From Auanema rhodensis (lineage: Eukaryota; Animalia; Nematoda): a stretch of 64,000 bases of DNA. The notes under the pieces are model-generated. The model was not told the origin of the DNA. It saw only the letters and a program-made list of their open reading frames with translations, and ran no database searches. Position numbers and translations under genes: made by a program. Where the stretch lies: the NCBI GenBank assembly GCA_964057225.1, contig OZ059895.1:19778001-19842000 (forward strand). The letters are read 5' to 3'. Positions 10,531-23,500 of the stretch are shown piece by piece; the stretch's first letter is position 1, and every line of letters starts with the position of its first letter.

Positions 10531-13500
10531 CATGGAAACTCAACATACACTAATGCATCATTTTTCAAACGATCATAACTAATTTTTGTATTAAGCGTTT
10601 CTCAATGTAGTATAGTGCATTCGATGCGGATTTTTAAGCTGCGTCGATCTGTGTTATCAGATTTGCGCTAGCTTAAAAATGCACCGAGATATCAACTGAT
10701 ATAAGTTCACACTTATATCCTCGATTTTCACCCTGAAGAATTAATTTTTTCGTTGAATAACAATGTCCATCGTCTTTGCCTTGAAAAAAGGAATCTAAAA
10801 ACATCTACTTTTTGCTAAATTATTCTGAAATTTTTCGAAAAAATTTTTGTCAAAATGTTTTTGGAAGCAATGTTGAGTGTACATGGAAACTCAACATACA
10901 CTAATGCATCATTTTTCAAACGATCATAACTAATTTTTGTATTAAGCGTTTTTCAATGTAGTATAGTGCATTCGATGCGGATTTTTAAGCTGCGTCGATC
11001 TGTGTTATCAGATTTGCGCTAGCTTAAAAATGCACCGAGATATCAACTGATATAAGTTCACACTTATATCCTCGATTTTCACCCTGAAGAATTAATTTTT
11101 TCGTTGAATAACATTGTCCATCGTCTTTGCCTTGAAAAAAGAAATCTAAAAACATCTAATTTTTGATAAATTATTTTAAAATTTTTCGAAAAAATTTTTG
11201 TCAAAATGTTTTTGGAAGCAATGTTGAGTGTACATGGAAACTCAACATACACTAATGCATCATTTTTCAAACGATCATAACTAATTTTTGTATTAAGCGT
11301 TTCTCAATGTAGTATAGTGCATTCGATGCGGATTTTTAAGCTGCGTCGATCTGTGTTATCAGATTTGCGCTAGCTTAAAAATGCACCGAGATATCAACTG
11401 ATATAAGTTCACACTTATATCCTCGATTTTCACCCTGAAGAATTAATTTTTTCGTTGAATAACATTGTCCATCGTCTTTGCCTTAAAAAAAGGAATCTAA
11501 AAACATCTAATTTTTGATAAATTATTTTAAAATTTTTCGAAAAAATTTTTGTCAAAATGTTTTTGGAAGCAATGTTGAGTGTACATGGAAACTCAACATA
11601 CACTAATGCATCATTTTTCAAACGATCATAACTAATTTTTGTATTAAGCGTTTCTCAATGTAGTATAGTGCATTCGATGCGGATTTTTAAGCTGCGTCGA
11701 TCTGTGTTATCAGATTTGCGCTAGCTTAAAAATGCACCGAGATATCAACTGATATAAGTTCACACTTATATCCTCGATTTTCACCCTGAAGAATTAATTT
11801 TTTCGTTGAATAACATTGTCCATCGTCTTTGCCTTAAAAAAAGGAATCTAAAAACATTTAATTTTTGATAAATTATTTTAAAATTTTTCGAAAAAATTTT
11901 TGTCAAAATGTTTTTGGAAGCAATGTTGAGTGTACATGGAAACTCAACATACACTAATGCATCATTTTTCAAACGATCATAACTAATTTTTGTATTAAGC
12001 GTTTCTCAATGTAGTATAGTGCATTCGATGCGGATTTTTAAGCTGCGTCGATCTGTGTTATCAGATTTGCGCTAGCTTAAAAATGCACCGAGATATCAAC
12101 TGATATAAGTTCACACTTATATCCTCGATTTTCACCCTGAAGAATTAATTTTTTCGTTGAATAACAATGTCCATCGTCTTTGCCTTGAAAAAAGGAATCT
12201 AAAAACATCTACTTTTTGCTAAATTATTCTGAAATTTTTCGAAAAAATTTTTGTCAAAATGTTTTTGGAAGCAATGTTGAGTGTACATGGAAACTCAACA
12301 TACACTAATGCATCATTTTTCAAACGATCATAACTAATTTTTGTATTAAGCGTTTTTCAATGTAGTATAGTGCATTCGATGCGGATTTTTAAGCTGCGTC
12401 GATCTGTGTTATCAGATTTGCGCTAGCTTAAAAATGCACCGAGATATCAACTGATATAAGTTCACACTTATATCCTCGATTTTCACCCTGAAGAATTAAT
12501 TTTTTCGTTGAATAACATTGTCCATCGTCTTTGCCTTGAAAAAAGAAATCTAAAAACATCTAATTTTTGATAAATTATTTTAAAATTTTTCGAAAAAATT
12601 TTTGTCAAAATGTTTTTGGAAGCAATGTTGAGTGTACATGGAAACTCAACATACACTAATGCATCATTTTTCAAACGATCATAACTAATTTTTGTATTAA
12701 GCGTTTCTCAATGTAGTATAGTGCATTCGATGCGGATTTTTAAGCTGCGTCGATCTGTGTTATCAGATTTGCGCTAGCTTAAAAATGCACCGAGATATCA
12801 ACTGATATAAGTTCACACTTATATCCTCGATTTTCACCCTGAAGAATTAATTTTTTCGTTGAATAACATTGTCCATCGTCTTTGCCTTAAAAAAAGGAAT
12901 CTAAAAACATCTAATTTTTGATAAATTATTTTAAAATTTTTCGAAAAAATTTTTGTCAAAATGTTTTTGGAAGCAATGTTGAGTGTACATGGAAACTCAA
13001 CATACACTAATGCATCATTTTTCAAACGATCATAACTAATTTTTGTATTAAGCGTTTCTCAATGTAGTATAGTGCATTCGATGCGGATTTTTAAGCTGCG
13101 TCGATCTGTGTTATCAGATTTGCGCTAGCTTAAAAATGCACCGAGATATCAACTGATATAAGTTCACACTTATATCCTCGATTTTCACCCTGAAGAATTA
13201 ATTTTTTCGTTGAATAACAATGTCCATCGTCTTTGCCTTGAAAAAAGGAATCTAAAAACATCTACTTTTTGCTAAATTATTCTGAAATTTTTCGAAAAAA
13301 TTTTTGTCAAAATGTTTTTGGAAGCAATGTTGAGTGTACATGGAAACTCAACATACACTAATGCATCATTTTTCAAACGATCATAACTAATTTTTGTATT
13401 AAGCGTTTTTCAATGTAGTATAGTGCATTCGATGCGGATTTTTAAGCTGCGTCGATCTGTGTTATCAGATTTGCGCTAGCTTAAAAATGCACCGAGATAT

Positions 13501-15093
13501 CAACTGATATAAGTTCACACTTATATCCTCGATTTTCACCCTGAAGAATTAATTTTTTCGTTGAATAACATTGTCCATCGTCTTTGCCTTGAAAAAAGAA
13601 ATCTAAAAACATCTAATTTTTGATAAATTATTTTAAAATTTTTCGAAAAAATTTTTGTCAAAATGTTTTTGGAAGCAATGTTGAGTGTACATGGAAACTC
13701 AACATACACTAATGCATCATTTTTCAAACGATCATAACTAATTTTTGTATTAAGCGTTTCTCAATGTAGTATAGTGCATTCGATGCGGATTTTTAAGCTG
13801 CGTCGATCTGTGTTATCAGATTTGCGCTAGCTTAAAAATGCACCGAGATATCAACTGATATAAGTTCACACTTATATCCTCGATTTTCACCCTGAAGAAT
13901 TAATTTTTTCGTTGAATAACATTGTCCATCGTCTTTGCCTTAAAAAAAGGAATCTAAAAACATCTAATTTTTGATAAATTATTTTAAAATTTTTCGAAAA
14001 AATTTTTGTCAAAATGTTTTTGGAAGCAATGTTGAGTGTACATGGAAACTCAACATACACTAATGCATCATTTTTCAAACGATCATAACTAATTTTTGTA
14101 TTAAGCGTTTCTCAATGTAGTATAGTGCATTCGATGCGGATTTTTAAGCTGCGTCGATCTGTGTTATCAGATTTGCGCTAGCTTAAAAATGCACCGAGAT
14201 ATCAACTGATATAAGTTCACACTTATATCCTCGATTTTCACCCTGAAGAATTAATTTTTTCGTTGAATAACAATGTCCATCGTCTTTGCCTTGAAAAAAG
14301 GAATCTAAAAACATCTACTTTTTGCTAAATTATTCTGAAATTTTTCGAAAAAATTTTTGTCAAAATGTTTTTGGAAGCAATGTTGAGTGTACATGGAAAC
14401 TCAACATACACTAATGCATCATTTTTCAAACGATCATAACTAATTTTTGTATTAAGCGTTTTTCAATGTAGTATAGTGCATTCGATGCGGATTTTTAAGC
14501 TGCGTCGATCTGTGTTATCAGATTTGCGCTAGCTTAAAAATGCACCGAGATATCAACTGATATAAGTTCACACTTATATCCTCGATTTTCACCCTGAAGA
14601 ATTAATTTTTTCGTTGAATAACATTGTCCATCGTCTTTGCCTTGAAAAAAGAAATCTAAAAACATCTAATTTTTGATAAATTATTTTAAAATTTTTCGAA
14701 AAAATTTTTGTCAAAATGTTTTTGGAAGCAATGTTGAGTGTACATGGAAACTCAACATACACTAATGCATCATTTTTCAAACGATCATAACTAATTTTTG
14801 TATTAAGCGTTTCTCAATGTAGTATAGTGCATTCGATGCGGATTTTTAAGCTGCGTCGATCTGTGTTATCAGATTTGCGCTAGCTTAAAAATGCACCGAG
14901 ATATCAACTGATATAAGTTCACACTTATATCCTCGATTTTCACCCTGAAGAATTAATTTTTTCGTTGAATAACATTGTCCATCGTCTTTGCCTTAAAAAA
15001 AGGAATCTAAAAACATCTAATTTTTGATAAATTATTTTAAAATTTTTCGAAAAAATTTTTGTCAAAATGTTTTTGGAAGCAATGTTGAGTGTA
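10531..15093. repeat. One 4-mer followed by three copies of a 3-mer HOR (1053 bp)
   Basis: Monomer order is B-G-A-A' (10531-11934), then B-G-A at 11935, 12988 and 14041. The ORF track mirrors this: pairs at 12483/12834, 13536/13887 and 14589/14940, spaced 1053 bp. Confidence 0.88.
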
Positions 15094-17550
15094 CATGGAA
15101 ACTCAACATACACTAATGCATCATTTTTCAAACGATCATAACTAATTTTTGTATTAAGCGTTTCTCAATGTAGTATAGTGCATTCGATGCGGATTTTTAA
15201 GCTGCGTCGATCTGTGTTATCAGATTTGCGCTAGCTTAAAAATGCACCGAGATATCAACTGATATAAGTTCACACTTATATCCTCGATTTTCACCCTGAA
15301 GAATTAATTTTTTCGTTGAATAACAATGTCCATCGTCTTTGCCTTGATAAAAGGAATCTAAAAACATCTACTTTTTGCTAAATTATTTTGAAATTTTTCG
15401 AAAAAATTTTTGTCAAAATGTTTTTGGAAGCAATGTTGAGTGTACATGGAAACTCAACATACACTAATGCATCATTTTTCAAACGATCATAACTAATTTT
15501 TGTATTAAGCGTTTCTCGATGTAGTATAGTGCATTCAATGCGGATTTTTAAGCTGCGTCGATCTGTGTTATCAGATTTGCGCTAGCTTAAAAATGCACCG
15601 AGATATCAACTGATATAAGTTCACACTTATATCCTCGATTTTCACCCTGAAGAATTAATTTTTTCGTTGAATAACAATGTCCATCGTCTTTGCCTTGAAA
15701 AAAGGAATCTAAAAACATCTACTTTTTGCTAAATTATTCTGAAATTTTTCGAAAAAATTTTTGTCAAAATGTTTTTGGAAGCAATGTTGAGTGTACATGG
15801 AAACTCAACATACACTAATGCATCATTTTTCAAACGATCATAACTAATTTTTGTATTAAGCGTTTCTCAATGTAGTATAGTGCATTCAATGCGGATTTTT
15901 AAGCTGCGTCGATCTGTGTTATCAGATTTGCGCTAGCTTAAAAATGCACCGAGATATCAACTGATATAAGTTCACACTTATATCCTCGATTTTCACCCTG
16001 AAGAATTAATTTTTTCGTTGAATAACAATGTCCATCGTCTTTGCCTTGAAAAAAGGAATCTAAAAACATCTACTTTTTGCTAAATTATTCTGAAATTTTT
16101 CGAAAAAATTTTTGTCAAAATGTTTTTGGAAGCAATGTTGAGTGTACATGGAAACTCAACATACACTAATGCATCATTTTTCAAACGATCATAACTAATT
16201 TTTGTATTAAGCGTTTCTCAATGTAGTATAGTGCATTCAATGCGGATTTTTAAGCTGCGTCGATCTGTGTTATCAGATTTGCGCTAGCTTAAAAATGCAC
16301 CGAGATATCAACTGATATAAGTTCACACTTATATCCTCGATTTTCACCCTGAAGAATTAATTTTTTCGTTGAATAACATTGTCCATCGTCTTTGCCTTAA
16401 AAAAAGGAATCTAAAAACATCTAATTTTTGATAAATTATTTTAAAATTTTTCGAAAAAATTTTTGTCAAAATGTTTTTGGAAGCAATGTTGAGTGTACAT
16501 GGAAACTCAACATACACTAATGCATCATTTTTTAAACGATCATAACTAATTTTTTTATTAAGCGTTTTTCAATGTAGTATAGTGCATTCGATGCGGATTT
16601 TTCAGCTGCGTCGATCTGTGTGATCAGATTTGCGCTAGCTTAAAAATGCACCGAGATATCAACTGATATAAGTTCACACTTATATCCTCGATTTTCACCC
16701 TGAAGAATTAATTTTTTCGTTGAATAACATTGTCCATCGTCTTTGCCTTGATAAAAGGAATCTAAAAACATCTACTTTTTGCTAAATTATTTTGAAATTT
16801 TTCGAAAAAATTTTTGTCAAAATGTTTTTGGAAGCAATGTTGAGTGTACATGGAAACTCAACATACACTAATGCATCATTTTTCAAACGATCATAACTAA
16901 TTTATGAATTAAGCGTTTCTCAATGTAGTATAGTGCATTCGATGCGGATTTTTAAGCTGCGTCGATCTGTGTTATCAGATTTGCGCTAGCTTAAAAATGC
17001 ACCGAGATATCAACTGATATAAGTTCACACTTATATCCTCGATTTTCACCCTGAAGAATTAATTTTTTCGTTGAATAACATTGTCCATCGTCTTTGCCTT
17101 GAAAAAAGGAATCTGAAAACATCTACTTTTTGCTAAATTATTTTGAAATTTTTCGAAAAAATTTTTGTCAAAATGTTTTTGGAAGCAATGTTGAGTGTAC
17201 ATGGAAACTCAACATACACTAATGCATCATTTTTCAAACGATCATAACTAATTTATGAATTAAGCGTTTCTCAATGTAGTATAGTGCATTCGATGCGGAT
17301 TTTTAAGCTGCGTCGATCTGTGTTATCAGATTTGCGCTAGCTTAAAAATGCATCGAGATATCAACTGATATAAGTTCACACTTATATCCTCGATTTTCAC
17401 CCTGAAGAATTAATTTTTTCGTTGAATAACATTGTCCATCGTCTTTGCCTTGAAAAAAGGAATCTGAAAACATCTACTTTTTGCTAAATTATTTTGAAAT
17501 TTTTCGAAAAAATTTTTGTCAAAATGTTTTTGGAAGCAATGTTGAGTGTA

Positions 17551-20500
17551 CATGGAAACTCAACATACACTAATGCATCATTTTTCAAACGATCATAACT
17601 AATTTATGAATTAAGCGTTTCTCAATGTAGTATAGTGCATTCGATGCGGATTTTTAAGCTGCGTCGATCTGTGTTATCAGATTTGCGCTAGCTTAAAAAT
17701 GCACCGAGATATCAACTGATATAAGTTCACACTTATATCCTCGATTTTCACCCTGAAGAATTAATTTTTTCGTTGAATAACAATGTCCATCGTCTTTGCC
17801 TTGAAAAAAGGAATCTAAAAACATCTACTTTTTGCTAAATTATTCTGAAATTTTTCGAAAAAATTTTTGTCAAAATGTTTTTGGAAGCAATGTTGAGTGT
17901 ACATGGAAACTCAACATACACTAATGCATCATTTTTCAAACGATCATAACTAATTTTTGTATTAAGCGTTTCTCAATGTAGTATAGTGCATTCGATGCGG
18001 ATTTTTAAGCTGCGTCGATCTGTGTTATCAGATTTGCGCTAGCTTAAAAATGCACCGAGATATCAACTGATATAAGTTCACACTTATATCCTCGATTTTC
18101 ACCCTGAAGAATTAATTTTTTCGTTGAATAACAATGTCCATCGTCTTTGCCTTGAAAAAAGGAATCTAAAAACATCTACTTTTTGCTAAATTATTCTGAA
18201 ATTTTTCGAAAAAATTTTTGTCAAAATGTTTTTGGAAGCAATGTTGAGTGTACATGGAAACTCAACATACACTAATGCATCATTTTTCAAACGATCATAA
18301 CTAATTTTTGTATTAAGCGTTTCTCAATGTAGTATAGTGCATTCGATGCGGATTTTTAAGCTGCGTCGATCTGTGTTATCAGATTTGCGCTAGCTTAAAA
18401 ATGCACCGAGATATCAACTGATATAAGTTCACACTTATATCCTCGATTTTCACCCTGAAGAATTAATTTTTTCGTTGAATAACAATGTCCATCGTCTTTG
18501 CCTTGAAAAAAGGAATCTAAAAACATCTACTTTTTGCTAAATTATTCTGAAATTTTTCGAAAAAATTTTTGTCAAAATGTTTTTGGAAGCAATGTTGAGT
18601 GTACATGGAAACTCAACATACACTAATGCATCATTTTTCAAACGATCATAACTAATTTTTGTATTAAGCGTTTCTCAATGTAGTATAGTGCATTCGATGC
18701 GGATTTTTAAGCTGCGTCGATCTGTGTTATCAGATTTGCGCTAGCTTAAAAATGCACCGAGATATCAACTGATATAAGTTCACACTTATATCCTCGATTT
18801 TCACCCTGAAGAATTAATTTTTTCGTTGAATAACAATGTCCATCGTCTTTGCCTTGAAAAAAGGAATCTAAAAACATCTACTTTTTGCTAAATTATTCTG
18901 AAATTTTTCGAAAAAATTTTTGTCAAAATGTTTTTGGAAGCAATGTTGAGTGTACATGGAAACTCAACATACACTAATGCATCATTTTTCAAACGATCAT
19001 AACTAATTTTTGTATTAAGCGTTTCTCAATGTAGTATAGTGCATTCGATGCGGATTTTTAAGCTGCGTCGATCTGTGTTATCAGATTTGCGCTAACTTAA
19101 AAATGCACCGAGATATCAACTGATATAAGTTCACACTTATATCCTCGATTTTCACCCTGAAGAATTAATTTTTTCGTTGAATAACAATGTCCATCGTCTT
19201 TGCCTTGTAAAAAGGAATCTAAAAACATCTACTTTTTGCTAAATTATTTTGAAATTTTTCGAAAAAATTTTTGTCAAAATGTTTTTGGAAGCAATGTTGA
19301 GTGTACATGGAAACTCAACATACACTAATGCATCATTTTTCAAACGATCATAACTAATTTATGAATTAAGCGTTTCTCAATGTAGTATAGTGCATTCGAT
19401 GCGGATTTTTAAGCTGCGTCGATCTGTGTTATCAGATTTGCGCTAGCTTAAAAATGCACCGAGATATCAACTGATATAAGTTCACACTTATATCCTCGAT
19501 TTTCACCCTGAAGAATTAATTTTTTCGTTGAATAACAATGTCCATCGTGTTTGCCTTGAAAAAAGGAATCTAAAAACATCTACTTTTTGCTAAATTATTC
19601 TGAAATTTTTCGAAAAAATTTTTGTCAAAATGTTTTTGGAAGCAATGTTGAGTGTACATGGAAACTCAACATACACTAATGCATCATTTTTCAAACGATC
19701 ATAACTAATTTTTGTATTAAGCGTTTCTCAATGTAGTATAGTGCATTCGATGCGGATTTTTAAGCTGCGTCGATCTGTGTTATCAGATTTGCGCTAGCTT
19801 AAAAATGCACCGAGATATCAACTGATATAAGTTCACACTTATATCCTCGATTTTCACCCTGAAGAATTAATTTTTTCGTTGAATAACAATGTCCATCGTC
19901 TTTGCCTTGAAAAAAGGAATCTAAAAACATCTACTTTTTGCTAAATTATTCTGAAATTTTTCGAAAAAATTTTTGTCAAAATGTTTTTGGAAGCAATGTT
20001 GAGTGTACATGGAAACTCAACATACACTAATGCATCATTTTTCAAACGATCATAACTAATTTTTGTATTAAGCGTTTCTCAATGTAGTATAGTGCATTCG
20101 ATGCGGATTTTTAAGCTGCGTCGATCTGTGTTATCAGATTTGCGCTAGCTTAAAAATGCACCGAGATATCAACTGATATAAGTTCACACTTATATCCTCG
20201 ATTTTCACCCTGAAGAATTAATTTTTTCGTTGAATAACAATGTCCATCGTCTTTGCCTTGAAAAAAGGAATCTAAAAACATCTACTTTTTGCTAAATTAT
20301 TCTGAAATTTTTCGAAAAAATTTTTGTCAAAATGTTTTTGGAAGCAATGTTGAGTGTACATGGAAACTCAACATACACTAATGCATCATTTTTCAAACGA
20401 TCATAACTAATTTTTGTATTAAGCGTTTCTCAATGTAGTATAGTGCATTCGATGCGGATTTTTAAGCTGCGTCGATCTGTGTTATCAGATTTGCGCTAGC

Positions 20501-23500
20501 TTAAAAATGCACCGAGATATCAACTGATATAAGTTCACACTTATATCCTCGATTTTCACCCTGAAGAATTAATTTTTTCGTTGAATAACAATGTCCATCG
20601 TCTTTGCCTTGAAAAAAGGAATCTAAAAACATCTACTTTTTGCTAAATTATTCTGAAATTTTTCGAAAAAATTTTTGTCAAAATGTTTTTGGAAGCAATG
20701 TTGAGTGTACATGGAAACTCAACATACACTAATGCATCATTTTTCAAACGATCATAACTAATTTTTGTATTAAGCGTTTCTCAATGTAGTATAGTGCATT
20801 CGATGCGGATTTTTAAGCTGCGTCGATCTGTGTTATCAGATTTGCGCTAACTTAAAAATGCACCGAGATATCAACTGATATAAGTTCACACTTATATCCT
20901 CGATTTTCACCCTGAAGAATTAATTTTTTCGTTGAATAACAATGTCCATCGTCTTTGCCTTGTAAAAAGGAATCTAAAAACATCTACTTTTTGCTAAATT
21001 ATTCTGAAATTTTTCGAAAAAATTTTTGTCAAAATGTTTTTGGAAGCAATGTTGAGTGTACATGGAAACTCAACATACACTAATGCATCATTTTTCAAAC
21101 GATCATAACTAATTTTTGTATTAAGCGTTTCTCAATGTAGTATAGTGCATTCGATGCGGATTTTTAAGCTGCGTCGATCTGTGTTATCAGATTTGCGCTA
21201 GCTTAAAAATGCACCGAGATATCAACTGATATAAGTTCACACTTATATCCTCGATTTTCACCCTGAAGAATTAATTTTTTCGTTGAATAACAATGTCCAT
21301 CGTCTTTGCCTTGTAAAAAGGAATCTAAAAACAACTACTTTTTGCTAAATTATTCTGAAATTTTTCGAAAAAATTTTTGTCAAAATGTTTTTGGAAGCAA
21401 TGTTGAGTGTACATGGAAACTCAACATACACTAATGCATCATTTTTCAAACGATCATAACTAATTTATGAATTAAGCGTTTCTCAATGTAGTATAGTGCA
21501 TTCGATGCGGATTTTTAAGCTGCGTCGATCTGTGTTATCAGATTTGCGCTAGCTTAAAAATGCACCGAGATATCAACTGATATAAGTTCACACTTATATC
21601 CTCGATTTTCACCCTGAAGAATTAATTTTTTCGTTGAATAACAATGTCCATCGTCTTTGCCTTGTAAAAAGGAATCTAAAAACAACTACTTTTTGCTAAA
21701 TTATTCTGAAATTTTTCGAAAAAATTTTTGTCAAAATGTTTTTGGAAGCAATGTTGAGTGTACATGGAAACTCAACATACACTAATGCATCATTTTTCAA
21801 ACGATCATAACTAATTTATGAATTAAGCGTTTCTCAATGTAGTATAGTGCATTCGATGCGGATTTTTAAGCTGCGTCGATCTGTGTTATCAGATTTGCGC
21901 TAGCTTAAAAATGCACCGAGATATCAACTGATATAAGTTCACACTTATATCCTCGATTTTCACCCTGAAGAATTAATTTTTTCGTTGAATAACAATGTCC
22001 ATCGTCTTTGCCTTGAAAAAAGGAATCTAAAAACATCTACTTTTTGCTAAATTATTCTGAAATTTTTCGAAAAAATTTTTGTCAAAATGTTTTTGGAAGC
22101 AATGTTGAGTGTACATGGAAACTCAACATACACTAATGCATCATTTTTCAAACGATCATAACTAATTTTTGTATTAAGCGTTTCTCAATGTAGTATAGTG
22201 CATTCGATGCGGATTTTTAAGCTGCGTCGATCTGTGTTATCAGATTTGCGCTAGCTTAAAAATGCACCGAGATATCAACTGATATAAGTTCACACTTATA
22301 TCCTCGATTTTCACCCTGAAGAATTAATTTTTTCGTTGAATAACAATGTCCATCGTCTTTGCCTTGAAAAAAGGAATCTAAAAACATCTACTTTTTGCTA
22401 AATTATTCTGAAATTTTTCGAAAAAATTTTTGTCAAAATGTTTTTGGAAGCAATGTTGAGTGTACATGGAAACTCAACATACACTAATGCATCATTTTTC
22501 AAACGATCATAACTAATTTTTGTATTAAGCGTTTCTCAATGTAGTATAGTGCATTCGATGCGGATTTTTAAGCTGCGTCGATCTGTGTTATCAGATTTGC
22601 GCTAGCTTAAAAATGCACCGAGATATCAACTGATATAAGTTCACACTTATATCCTCGATTTTCACCCTGAAGAATTAATTTTTTCGTTGAATAACAATGT
22701 CCATCGTCTTTGCCTTGAAAAAAGGAATCTAAAAACATCTACTTTTTGCTAAATTATTCTGAAATTTTTCGAAAAAATTTTTGTCAAAATGTTTTTGGAA
22801 GCAATGTTGAGTGTACATGGAAACTCAACATACACTAATGCATCATTTTTCAAACGATCATAACTAATTTTTGTATTAAGCGTTTCTCAATGTAGTATAG
22901 TGCATTCGATGCGGATTTTTAAGCTGCGTCGATCTGTGTTATCAGATTTGCGCTAGCTTAAAAATGCACCGAGATATCAACTGATATAAGTTCACACTTA
23001 TATCCTCGATTTTCACCCTGAAGAATTAATTTTTTCGTTGAATAACAATGTCCATCGTCTTTGCCTTGAAAAAAGGAATCTAAAAACATCTACTTTTTGC
23101 TAAATTATTCTGAAATTTTTCGAAAAAATTTTTGTCAAAATGTTTTTGGAAGCAATGTTGAGTGTACATGGAAACTCAACATACACTAATGCATCATTTT
23201 TCAAACGATCATAACTAATTTTTGTATTAAGCGTTTCTCAATGTAGTATAGTGCATTCGATGCGGATTTTTAAGCTGCGTCGATCTGTGTTATCAGATTT
23301 GCGCTAACTTAAAAATGCACCGAGATATCAACTGATATAAGTTCACACTTATATCCTCGATTTTCACCCTGAAGAATTAATTTTTTCGTTGAATAACAAT
23401 GTCCATCGTCTTTGCCTTGTAAAAAGGAATCTAAAAACATCTACTTTTTGCTAAATTATTTTGAAATTTTTCGAAAAAATTTTTGTCAAAATGTTTTTGG

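Noticed and set aside
198-15131. Repeated 63-aa minus-strand ORF (MKNDALVYVEF...), also at 36702-36893
   Set aside because: It starts at TTG rather than ATG and is open only in monomers with 285A; most copies have a stop there. It is K/F/I/N-rich from A/T runs and shows no domain I recognise. It is useful only as a marker of monomer type.
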